A stretch of DNA of 64,000 nt from the human T2T-CHM13v2.0 reference genome, Homo sapiens, in assembly GCF_009914755.1 (NCBI RefSeq), contig NC_060927.1; one strand, given 5' to 3'. The stretch's first letter is position 1. Each line of letters opens with the position of its first letter. Shown piece by piece: positions 1-11,450 of the stretch. The position numbers were made by a program, and so were the translations under genes. The notes beneath the pieces were generated by a model, which saw only the letters and a program-made list of their open reading frames with translations, was not told the DNA's origin and did no database searches.

Positions 1-1013
1 ATTAGGCTGAACTGAAGAGTTAGGTAAATGTAGTCTGATTGAATGCTAAATTAATTGATCTTTCTTACATGGTTATTGTTCTGACTGTAGAGTACTTACT
101 GATATGAGAAGGATGCGTGAGCTTCTGGAAAGAAGTCATAGCTTTCATTTGAATTTTAGAGTCTGCAACCAAAAAAAAAAAAAAAAATCTAGGACGCACT
201 TCCCTGATAAAAATAAAAAAACCAAAAACCAAAAAACAACTGTTGTTTTATATGGTCGGCCTAGAGGCAAGGTGATCAGTCCAAGGTCACATTACCTGAA
301 AAAACAAATCAAGGACAGGAGTTCAATCCTTCTGCCCCTTACCCCGTGCTTCCTCCTCCCCTCCCCAGCCTCCCTACACTTCCTAGGGCTAAAGTGACCT
401 TGAATGGATCTTAGAGGGGAAGCTGTTTCCTATCACTCACAGCAGTTGCAAATTCTTTTTAATTCAGCCATCATTTATTTAGCATTTCCATGTGCTGGGC
501 CTTGTGCTAAGAGGAAATATTCTCTCTCTCTCTTTCTCACTCTTTCTCCCTTTCTCTCCCCCTCTACCCACTTTGTCCCTCCCTTCCTTCCCTCAAATGT
601 TTATTGAGCTTCAAAGCTAAGCCAGGCACTCCCTGCATTAGGGGCTGAGGAATCAAAATAAATTACCATTTATTCCTTCAGAGAGCCCATAAAGGAGACA
701 GAGAGAAATTATGATAAAGCAGGGTGTATATGGGCCACAGAAAAGTAACACACAAGGGCCATGAGATCCTTTTAATCTTGCTCTTAAGTATTTGCCAGAG
801 TGGACAGAAGGAATATTCTGAGATACGGTTATTTGCTGCTGATGAAATAGATGTTGTTACCTACATTTAAAAGTTCACAGGCTCTGAACCAGTTAGTATG
901 TAGCTGCCTAAAATAAAATTATTTTAGGAGCCTCATACTGACATAGCTCAGACAATTCCTTACTGCCACACAGATGGGAAAGCCTCCGAATCTTGTTCTT
1001 TCCTATTTTACAG

Positions 1014-1144
1014 GTAAGACAGAAAGCAAAGATGCTTTTTACTTTGCTGGGATGTTTCGCATCACCAACATTGAGTTTCTTCCCGAATACCGACAAAAGG
1101 AGTCCAGGGAATTTCTTTCAGTGTCACGGACTGTGCAGCAAGTG
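1014..1144 (+). CDS. TMPRSS7: TMPRSS7 exon, start of SEA domain (GKTESKDAFYFAGMFRITNIEF...TVQQV)
   Basis: ttttacag acceptor, GTG|gtgagg donor; 131 nt, phase 1->0, in frame with next exon. Confidence 0.95.
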
Positions 1145-2193
1145 GTGAGGCGATGGAGGTAGAGGGTATTAGGGTAGAGTGGGTTTGCGGGGAGGTGGGG
1201 GATGAAGCTGGAGGGGAACACAAGTGTCACAGGTGAGCAGGGTTTAGGGAAGTAGAGGGCAGGGTAGACAAAGGAAGGTGTCAGAAGAAAACATGAAATC
1301 TAGCACATCTTGGCTATAAGATAGAATTTCTCCCCCTGCCCCCATGCTCCAATGTAAAAAAAAGAATGGCTCTCTCAGCTTCAGTTCTTCTGAACCGTAA
1401 AATAAAAGAATTGGAATCAGATGACCTTTAAAATACCTTCCAGTTCTGAAGTTAGATGCATACCGATTAATTCCATTATTGTACACATTTATTTCAACCT
1501 TGATGCCCTGGCAATCTCTTCATTGTAAAAAAATAACTTTCTCATTGTAGAACTAATACATATTTATTATAAAAATTAGCAAAATTCAGATGATTATGTT
1601 TTAAAAACTAACATCTTCTTTAATGTCATCACCGGAGACAAAGCCCCTTTTTATTCTGAAATACACAGACATAGAGAATAGTGCAATATTGGAATATTAT
1701 ATTCAGTTTTATAAACTAACATTTTCTCTTAGCATGCTATTGCATGCTTCTATGCACGTAAATCTTCCTTTAAAAAATATAAGTTACAATAGACTCAAAG
1801 TTAGCAAATCCCTATTTATTGGATGTTTAGGCTGTTCCCAACTTTTGCTATAGATAATGTGACAGCAAAACTGCCACATTCTTTGTGAGTATCTCTGACT
1901 ACTCCCTTAGGTGGTTTCCTAAAAGCATAATTACTTGGACAAATAGAAAAGTATCTATTCATGGCTCTTGGCACATATTACCAACTAGAACGTTGCTGTC
2001 AATTTGTATTTCCACGGTACTGGAGAGGGTTGTCATAGTGATGAACTTGACACAATGACTGGCTGTGTAGAATGAGGAAAGGTGGTGAGAGAGAGGGCAC
2101 ATCAAAGACAATAGTGCTCAGAGCAGCTTTTACTTATTGAATGCCTGCTATATACTGGGTACGTCACTAAACCCTTTGCCTCTAATATTTATA

Positions 2194-2475
2194 CAGTCCT
2201 GTGTCGCTTAACAATGGAGATACTGTTGTACAAACATCATAGAGTGTGTGTACACATACGTAGCTGGAATGGCCTACTACACACCCAGGCTAGATGGTAT
2301 AGCCTACTGCTCCTAAGCCACAAACCTGGACGGCATGTTACTGTACTGAACAGTGTAGGCAATTGTAACACAAATCACTAGATGATAAGAGTTGCTCAGC
2401 TCCATCATAATCTTATGGGACTACTGTCATATATGTGGTCTGTCATTGACCAAAATGTCATGTGGCATATGACTG
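2194..2475. mobile_element. Tigger3/Golem-like non-autonomous DNA transposon
   Basis: Imperfect TIRs cagtcctgtgtcgc / tgtggcatatgactg flanked by TA. Confidence 0.75.
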
Positions 2476-2914
2476 TATACCAATTATTTCTCAAATTATC
2501 CCAAGGAGGTGGGTGTTTTGATTACCACTTTATAGGTGAAAAAGAAAAAGAAAAAAAAAATCCTGCCTAAACAGGTTTAGGCAACATGTTCTGTGTTGCA
2601 CAGTGAATTTAAATTTCACAGCTTATATTGTTTCCACTACACTTCATAATTTCTAAGGGTTAAATTTTTTTGTTTTTAAATCTTGGGCAATTATGTACGT
2701 GGTTTTCAAATTACATAGGAAGGGGAATACTAGAGACAATGACTGGGGAGAAGAGAGTGAGTTTGCTTTTAGAAATGCTAGGTAAGGGCCAAGAAGGTAA
2801 ATCGATTGAAACAGAGCTCTCCCTTGAGATCCAATTATGAAGTTTTAAAATGGCTGGGGCGCTTCCCTAGAGTTTGTTATGAAGGGGGCTGGTAGACCTG
2901 GCTGTGGGTACCAC

Positions 2915-2929
2915 TCGCCCCCTAGTGGC
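2915..2929 (-). promoter_or_regulatory. CTCF motif
   Basis: Reverse complement gccactagggggcga closely matches the CTCF core. Confidence 0.65.
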
Positions 2930-3348
2930 TAATGTGAGAATGTGTCCTTAAGAATATGGTCGACGCTGGTGCACTGATAGAAAAGACGTTGGGTCAGATT
3001 ACTGTACTATGAAAATGTACTTAAATGAGTTTGATTTGTTAACTGTGGGGAAAATTAACCTTTGCAGTGGGGAGAATACAGAAGTTAAGTTTGAGTTTAA
3101 AGAGAGCAATAAATGACTTTTCACTGATTTTTCACAGATAGCAGAATGAAAGTAAGTCACTCAAGATTGTTGCAGGAAGAATTTATTTGAATTCAAGAAA
3201 TAATGCCGGGGTGTGGAGTTAGGAGCCTTTATTTTGAGGCTTGCATTTCTTCTTGCTGGCTGTCAGAGCTTGGGCCTACAACATTTAAGATACTGTAAAA
3301 GGAAGTCAAGTATGAAATACTTCAGATACCTTAACTATTCTTTTTCAG

Positions 3349-3416
3349 ATAAACCTGGTTTATACAACATCTGCCTTCTCCAAATTTTATGAGCAGTCTG
3401 TTGTTGCAGATGTCAG
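3349..3416 (+). CDS. TMPRSS7: TMPRSS7 exon, SEA (INLVYTTSAFSKFYEQSVVADVS)
   Basis: tttttcag / AG|gtaatg; 68 nt, phase 0->2. Confidence 0.95.
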
Positions 3417-4197
3417 GTAATGCATGTCCCTTGTTTTGAGATTTCTGTGTTCATTGTTCTAAAGTCCATTCAAGGCTATGAAAAGGCTGAGATTCCACCA
3501 TTCCCAAGTAACTTCTTGGAAGTGTTTGGGGATTCATACTGTATTAGCACAACTAGCGACTCAACTCACTGCCCTTCTTTCTTGCTGTGTTTTTGCTCTT
3601 TATCCACCAAATCCCGACCTTCTCCCCATAGCTAGAATCCTGAACCCCTATAGCAGTGCTGCTGTGCAAAATGGCCATAAACTTGTCTATCATATTGGGT
3701 GGAGGGTGGAGGCAAAAATAAAGCACAGACCATGATTTCTTAATGTTCAGTGAAAAACTGGTCACTAGAGATCTTCTGAGAAAAAAGGGGATTCATGGTC
3801 AAATAATTTTTAGAAAAAATCGTGCACCATATATTATATCCCACCCCCACCCACTCCCAATATATCTGCAGAGATTCACAATCCACAATCCACTTTGACA
3901 TATTAAAGCACTGAGAAGCCTTGGAGTATAGCAACTTGATTAGTTTCCTTAACCTTCCATTTCCCAAGTCATTTCCTGCAGAATGCCATGTTATGTTCCT
4001 TTCCTAAAACGTGGCAGTATTTATGCCATTAGGAGCTCAGGCTCTGGGGGCCGACTGGAAACCAAATTGGGCTTAATTACTGGATCTGCTACTAGCTATG
4101 TGACTTGGAGTTGTATTCGGCTTCAGTTTTCTCACCTATAAAACTGGAATAATAATGGGACCTTCTCATAAGATTAAATGGGATAAAGCAGATTTAG

Positions 4198-4548
<351 letters not shown>

Positions 4549-4843
4549 TAAATTTTAATGGCAGTGAATACTGATTGATATCCATAGAAATAGCATATTC
4601 TCCATGGAGACGCAACTCTACAGTAATGGTTTTAGATTAGAATCCAACACTATGGTCTGAATACATATAACATGATGCTGTCCTTTGCCAATCTTCATAA
4701 CAGACGTCAATGACTACCTAAAGAAGGGAGCTAGCTTCAGTTGAAGGATGTGCTCATTGGCCTTACCTTGAATCCATCATCTGGGTATTTCTTCTCTGTA
4801 AAGTCCTATGAGGTCCCTGATGATCTCTCTTTTTTCGTTATAG

Positions 4844-5037
4844 CAGCAACAACAAAGGCGGCCTCCTTGTCCACTTTTGGATTGTTTTTGTCATGCCACG
4901 TGCCAAAGGCCACATCTTCTGTGAAGACTGTGTTGCCGCCATCTTGAAGGACTCCATCCAGACAAGCATCATAAACCGGACCTCTGTGGGGAGCTTGCAG
5001 GGACTGGCTGTGGACATGGACTCTGTGGTACTAAATG
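4844..5037 (+). CDS. TMPRSS7: TMPRSS7 exon, SEA C-terminal part (SNNKGGLLVHFWIVF...DSVVLN)
   Basis: tag/cag tandem acceptor, G|gtgatt donor (second donor after 5048); 194 nt, phase 2->1. Confidence 0.93.
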
Positions 5038-6067
5038 GTGATTGTTGGGTAATTTTCCTTTAGCATTCCTTCCTGCAGGACTCCTGATACTTGCCATGAT
5101 TATAGTCAACATTGTAATGAAGCATTACAATGTGGGATTACCCCACAATCCCAGTGGCGCAGGATTAACTAAAGACATTGGAGCTATGTTAGTAAAGGAA
5201 ATTGCTAAATGTTGTATATTGCAATTGAACAATAGATGTGGGGACAATATACATACGAAATTGAATGTATTACTGTGTACCTCTACCTACCTTTATTCAG
5301 GTCATGCATCATCAAACTAAGTCCCCAAAGAACAAAACCCTAGACAAGGAAGAATTTTGCTGAGGTTTATCTTGTTACTTTACTTGCCCAGACAGAACTG
5401 TCCCTTTACTGTGTAATGTTGTCCAACACTCCAAAACAGCTTGCTTCATAGCCCCAAATGCAAATTTCATTGTTTGCCTTGATAGTAAAATGGTTTAATG
5501 ATTGCATAACTCAAAATTTGTGCAGTTTTCTGTTTTGATTTAAATTTTATAGATAAAATACATATATGAACATGTTATAAGTATATTATAAATTTGTGTG
5601 TATTTAAAAATATATAAGTATATTATACACACACACATACACTAGGCATATGGTAGGTAGCTGACAAATATTTGTTAAATAAAGGAAAAATCTCATAGAA
5701 AATTCTGTATCTCATGTACTATTTCATATATAGGACTAATATCATATTTGTTTGGTTGCTTTTTTACCTTTGAAAATATTTGAAACTTGCAACTACAATT
5801 TCAAGGATACAAAAGTAAAGAGAATAGTATAGTGAACTCTCATACACCCTTTACTCAACCTCGACAACTACCAACTCACTCATGACTATTCTATTTGATC
5901 TCTAAATACCTGAACAACTACCTCATCCTCACTGGATTATTTTAAAGTAAATCCCAGATGTGTTTGATTGCCTTTAAAGAAGGACTGAAAATAATTTTTA
6001 CTAAGCAAAATTCTAACAAAATGAAATGATAGGATTCAATCTCTTCTCATGTGCTTTTTCAATGCAG

Positions 6068-6106
6068 CTGGGCTTCGGTCAGATTACTCGTCAACCATAG
6101 GATCTG
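6068..6106 (+). CDS. TMPRSS7: TMPRSS7 39-nt linker micro-exon (AGLRSDYSSTIGS)
   Basis: ttttcaatgcag / G|gtaaat; symmetric phase 1->1, open frame. Confidence 0.85.
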
Positions 6107-6189
6107 GTAAATTCTTTCATGTGGTTCCCCCTCCCCCCATGTTAATATTGTTTTTGGCTGTAATTTTCATTTTCTAATTGATGGTATTT

Positions 6190-6720
6190 GTTAGTGCTCT
6201 TTTAATTGCAAGTGACAGAAATGCATTCAAACTGCCTTAAGCACAAAAGAAACTTGACTGGCTCATGTAAGTGGGACATACATGGAGTGTGCTGGCGTTA
6301 GTTATGGTTGAGTCTAGGATCTAAAATAAAAATATCATCAGAACTCTGCATCTCTGCCTACTTCTATGGAGCCTTCTTTATCAAGTGTGCTCTTCCACTG
6401 TATTTGTAACAAGGACCACCAAGCAGATCCAAACTTATAATTTATCATTTTCTAAACCATGGTGAAAACCACCTCCACGTATTTCCTGATTGCTCTTGCA
6501 GAAGTCCTGGGGCTGACTCTCATTGTCTGGATTGACTGACATGCCTATTCTTGAAATGACTTCTTTGACTCTGATTGGCCAGCCTGGGTTATGTGCCCAC
6601 CTCTGAAACTAGGGGTGAGTTTAACCCCAACCAAACTATATAGACAGAGTGTGGATAGTTTCTAAAGGCAAAATGCTGGGCTGTTACCAGAAGGCAGGGA
6701 AGTGGACCTAGGCTGGCCAT
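6190..6720 (-). mobile_element. Old MaLR (MLT1-like) LTR remnant
   Basis: ttgcaagtgacagaaa...tggctcatgtaa resembles MLT1 ends; boundaries approximate. Confidence 0.45.
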
Positions 6721-6832
6721 ATGTCCTTCACATGACCTCTTTTGCCCTTTACTTTTCTATAAAGATTTCTGTTTTTATAAAAGTCATTCCTAAAAAAAAA
6801 GAAAAGAAAGGAAAATGGTGCTGTCTCCACAG

Positions 6833-7061
6833 ACAAAGGCTGCTCTCAGTACTTCTATGCAGAGCATCTGTCTCTCCACTACCCGCTGGAGATTTCTGCA
6901 GCCTCAGGGAGGCTGATGTGTCACTTCAAGCTGGTGGCCATAGTGGGCTACCTGATTCGTCTCTCAATCAAGTCCATCCAAATCGAAGCCGACAACTGTG
7001 TCACTGACTCCCTGACCATTTACGACTCCCTTTTGCCCATCCGGAGCAGCATCTTGTACAG
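6833..7061 (+). CDS. TMPRSS7: TMPRSS7 exon, CUB1 (DKGCSQYFYAEH...SSILYR)
   Basis: ctccacag / AG|gtacga; 229 nt, phase 1->2; CUB-like C..CHFKL..C.TDSLTIYD. Confidence 0.95.
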
Positions 7062-7975
7062 GTACGATGCAGGTACTCTTCTTGGTGGGTAAAAATATTT
7101 TTCACAACCTCTGTTTTACAGTATCTGTGTTCCCCCTGGATTTTTTTTTAAAAACAGTTTTTGTGTGCACACATGAGGTCAATGGCTGACCCGTGCCCTA
7201 TTTAGTATCCCCTATACTTTAGTACCCTCGCCAGAGCCTATCAGTCTCAATGTTTGTTTTCCACTTATAGCAAATACTCTCAAAGTCAGTACAGCAAGAA
7301 CGTCAGCCAATATACCTGAAATATAACAGATACTTTGTTTAATTTTACATTTATTGGAATAAAAATGAAGTCTACTATTTCAACAGTGTGAGAATAAATA
7401 TCCTATGATGATTGCATCACATTAGTAAACAATTAAATTTTTTTTCTCGTTACAAAGATAACACATGTTTATTGTAGAAAATTAGGTTAGAGGAAACGGT
7501 ATCAATTACTTCACAACCTCATTATTCAGAGCAAATTTCTGTTATATTTTAGCATAAATCCTTTCATTCATGTATGTGTAATTACACACACATATACATA
7601 CCCTAGTATTTTTTACTTAATAGTAGATATTTATTTATGGGTGCTTAATATTTGGTAAACTAATAATGAATTAGGCTTCATTAAGAAATTATTACTCACT
7701 GTGCTAAAAAGGTACATAAATCATCCTATTATTTTTAACCGTGTCTATGGATGTATGCAACAATGCTTTATGTGTGTATGCAGGTATTTATATTTTGGGG
7801 ATGAATGTGCATGTTAAAAATTCAAACACTATATAAGAATATGCAGTGAAAAGTAAGTTTGCCACTGATGCCCATTCCTCCATCATCAGCTTCTTTTCAT
7901 CCTTTCAGACATATTTACTTATCTCATTTAATCCTCAGCACAATGCTATGAGGAGCATACTATTATTATTACTAC

Positions 7976-8524
7976 TGAGGCAGGAGAATAGGATCTGAAG
8001 GCAGGGAACTTAAGGCCAATTAGTGCTGACTTCCTAAAGCTGATTCAAGGGGAAACAAGAAGATCTGGGGGCAGGGAACTTAAGGCCAATTAACACAAAC
8101 TTCCTAAAGCTAAACTAAAAGGAAAAGCCCGGTCACTCTACAACCCTGCCGCTTCCGCCACGTCTCAGGTGGAAAGAGAAAGCACCCTGGATTGGCTGGG
8201 GGTCAAGCCCGGGCCATTCCTTCATCTGCATACCGCACCAATTCACCTCAGCCTTTAATTAGCCATGGGCCAAACCCTTCATCGAGATAAGGGGTAGCTG
8301 ATAGGGACCTCACAAGGAGTACTTAAAACCCAGAATACTTTGTAACTGGGCCCTTGAGCCGCTTGCTCTGGCCCACTCCCACCCTGTGGAGTGCTTTAAT
8401 AAATCCCTGCTTTCCTTTCTCATTTTTGTGTTTCATTCCTTTGTTGCTTTGTGCATTTTGTTCAGTTCTTTGTTTAAAATGCCAAGGACCTGGACAACAC
8501 ACATGGCCTTTTTTTCTGGTAACA
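7976..8524 (+). mobile_element. ERV1 solo LTR (MER51-like) inserted in a MIR
   Basis: TG...CA termini, 4-bp TSD ctac, internal repeat ggcagggaacttaaggccaatt, AATAAA at 8398. Confidence 0.8.
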
Positions 8525-8937
8525 CTACCATTGCGTAGAAGAGAAACTGGTGCTTACAAAGATTTAAGCCTGGCATCTTTCATCCATTTGCGTGATGGAG
8601 CTGAATTTTGAGTCCAGTTTTCCTTAGAGCAGAGTCCAGGACCTTAGCCATTAGATACACTACTTTTATGCCGTATTTGTGCCCAAGGAGCATACAGTGA
8701 CAGCCATCCCAGAGAATTCTCTGGTAGAGGTTCCTACACAAAAATGTATCTACCTTTTCTGGCTCTGTAGTGCTCTGTGGCTACTAATGGATGAGGATCT
8801 GGCTGGGAGAGATTCCCAAGAACTGAGTGGATGGATTGAATGGATGGCCCAGGAAATGTGTGGAATCGTTTTGAATGGAGACCCATTTCTCAAATAACGT
8901 ATTATTCATGTACTTTTGTTTTATTATCTGCTTTCAG

Positions 8938-9068
8938 AATTTGTGAACCCACAAGAACATTAATGTCATTTGTTTCTACAAATAATCTCATGTTGGTGAC
9001 ATTTAAGTCTCCTCATATACGGAGGCTCTCAGGAATCCGGGCATATTTTGAGGTCATTCCAGAACAAA
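8938..9068 (+). CDS. TMPRSS7: TMPRSS7 exon, CUB1 end (ICEPTRTLMSFVSTNNLMLVTF...IPEQ)
   Basis: ctttcag / A|gtaagt; 131 nt, phase 2->1. Confidence 0.95.
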
Positions 9069-9772
9069 GTAAGTCTTCCCCAATTATGGAGAAGTCACTT
9101 TTAGAAATATTTGTAATGATAGGCTATTCTTATCTTTCTGGAAGCTGTGTTGTAATATTCATTGTATTAGTCTGGGACTCTGAATAAAGGTCCAGTCAGA
9201 AGAGAGAGACCATATTAGTTATTTAGACAGAATGAATTCTGTAAGAACTATTAACTTCATATAAAGGTGTCAATAAGGTTACTCAAAAGGCAAAAAGGAC
9301 AAGAAGAGAAATGTATCATGGATGTAACATGTGCAGAAAGTAACTATCATCCCTAAGGCTGGGTGAACAAAGGAAAGAGGTTGAGATTATTACAGTTTAG
9401 AGCTTAGAGGAGGGAATATGAGAGATGGAACTCAGGCCTCTGAGGAGGGATTGCTGTTCAGCTGCTGCTGGTGTCTCTGAGTTCAGAACTATGTTTTTAA
9501 AGAGAGTAATAGCATCTTGCAGATCTGCAGCCAAAACATATGATGTGAAAACAAATATAGAATTAGAGAATAAGCATTTTAGCTATACATCTGTAGGGTG
9601 GCATTCCTTTCTTCTGAAAAAAAAAAAAAAAAAAAAAAAACCCAAAGTTTAAGAAATGTATAAAGCTTGTCGATCAAGGAAGTGTGCCTTAGTAATTAAA
9701 GAAATGTATGAAGTGTATTTTCCATAATCTCACAGCTGCAAATCATTGTGTGTCACTGGGTATCTTTTCCAG

Positions 9773-9885
9773 AGTGTGAAAACACAGTGTTGGTCAAAGA
9801 CATCACTGGCTTTGAAGGGAAAATTTCAAGCCCATATTACCCGAGCTACTATCCTCCAAAATGCAAGTGTACCTGGAAATTTCAG
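9773..9885 (+). CDS. TMPRSS7: TMPRSS7 exon, CUB2 start (CENTVL...SSPYYPSYYPPKCKCTWKFQ)
   Basis: ttttccag / CAG|gtagcc; 113 nt; CUB signature SPxYPxxYP..C.W. Confidence 0.96.
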
Positions 9886-10247
9886 GTAGCCTAGTTCTAC
9901 CAGTGTCTTAGAAAAATATTACTGCTCTATTTTTAATAGCATGAATTTCATTCATTTTTTAATTACAAAAGAATATTGCTTAATTTTATAAAATTTCAGT
10001 ATTATTGAAATATATTATTTAGAATGCAACACTTTTCTGTAATTTCAACCCTCTGCCCACAAATTAACTACTCTTAGCAGACTGGGGCCTTTTTCTCAAA
10101 TTTATTTTGTTGGTATTGAAAATGCAAAGGCATTATTGAAGGTTCAATTATTGTATTATGATAGAGCACATTTATCAATTTTTAATTACTTAATCACCAG
10201 CATTGTAATAGGAATAATAATAAAATAATAAATTGGATTAGGCAATA

Positions 10248-10568
10248 CAGTCAGCCCTCTGTATCTGCAGGTTTGGCATCCGTGGATTAAACCAATCACA
10301 GATCAAAACATTTTACAAACAGACACAATAAAATACAACAATAAACAATAACACAAATAAAAAACAATACAATATAACAACTATTTATATAGAATATAAT
10401 TGTATTAGGTATTATAAGTAATCTAGAGATGATTTAAAGTATATAGAGGATGTGCATAGATTACACGCAAATACTACACAATTTTATATAAGATACTTCA
10501 GTATCTGAGAATTTTGGTATCTGTAGGGTTCCTGGAACCAATCCTCCACAGATACTAAGGGACAACTC
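10248..10568 (-). mobile_element. MER2 (TcMar-Tigger) MITE
   Basis: TIRs cagtcagccctctgtatc / gatactaagggacaact, TA flanks. Confidence 0.75.
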
Positions 10569-10617
10569 TATTATATTTCAGTTGTATAAGCAAACCAGAG
10601 TGCAAATGTATACGAAA

Positions 10618-10618
<1 letters not shown>

Positions 10619-10660
<42 letters not shown>

Positions 10661-10719
10661 GTATCTATCTATCTATATCTATCTCTATTATCTATCTCTA
10701 TTATCTATCTATCTCTATC

Positions 10720-10762
<43 letters not shown>

Positions 10763-10808
10763 ATCTATCTATCTATCTATCTATCTCTATTACCTATCTA
10801 TCTATCTC
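10619..10808. repeat. Compound (TCTA)n microsatellite, ~190 bp
   Basis: Directly visible. Confidence 0.97.
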
Positions 10809-11009
10809 TCCCTCTGGTGCTAGATAGGGCATTTATGCTTTTTTAAAAAAAATCTTAGTAAACTGCTTTTTCTTTCTCCACCTATAATATCACATGGAGA
10901 CAGGGCAAAGTGTCACCTCTGTTCATTCAGGATATACGTATAGACTCATTATTGTGTGGCATAGCAATTAGATGAATTAGATGTAAGTGGCAAGCAGTAT
11001 GTTGTTTGC

Positions 11010-11450
11010 GTTTATTCAACATATTATTGAATGACTACTATGGGCCAGGCACTCAGGCACGATTCCAGATACTGGGGATCCACGAAATCAGACACAAACA
11101 CAGAGCAGCAGCCCTGCTCTCATGGAGCTTACCTTCCAGTAGGGGAAGGCAAGTAATAAACAAACAAGTTAAATACGCGTAATATGTCTCGTAATGATAA
11201 AATGCTATGGAGAAAAATAAAGCAGGGAAGGGGGCTCTATAGCCTGAGTTGGGGGTGGGAGGTGTGAAGCATAACAAGTTAGGTGTTTGTTATCTTAAAT
11301 AGGATGATCAGGGAAAGTCTTGCTGACAAGGGGACATTTGCGGATAAACCTGAAAGATGACGGAACTAACCTTGTGAATACCAGGATAAGAATGTTGCAA
11401 GCAAAGAGAACAGCTGAGCCAGGGACTCTGAGGCAGGAGGGTGCTTGATG
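11010..11450 (-). mobile_element. L2 fragment
   Basis: attcaac..tattgaatgactactatgggccaggcact L2 3'-end pattern. Confidence 0.6.

Noticed and set aside
10582-10827. 81-aa YLSI-repeat ORF
   Set aside because: Translation of the (TCTA)n microsatellite
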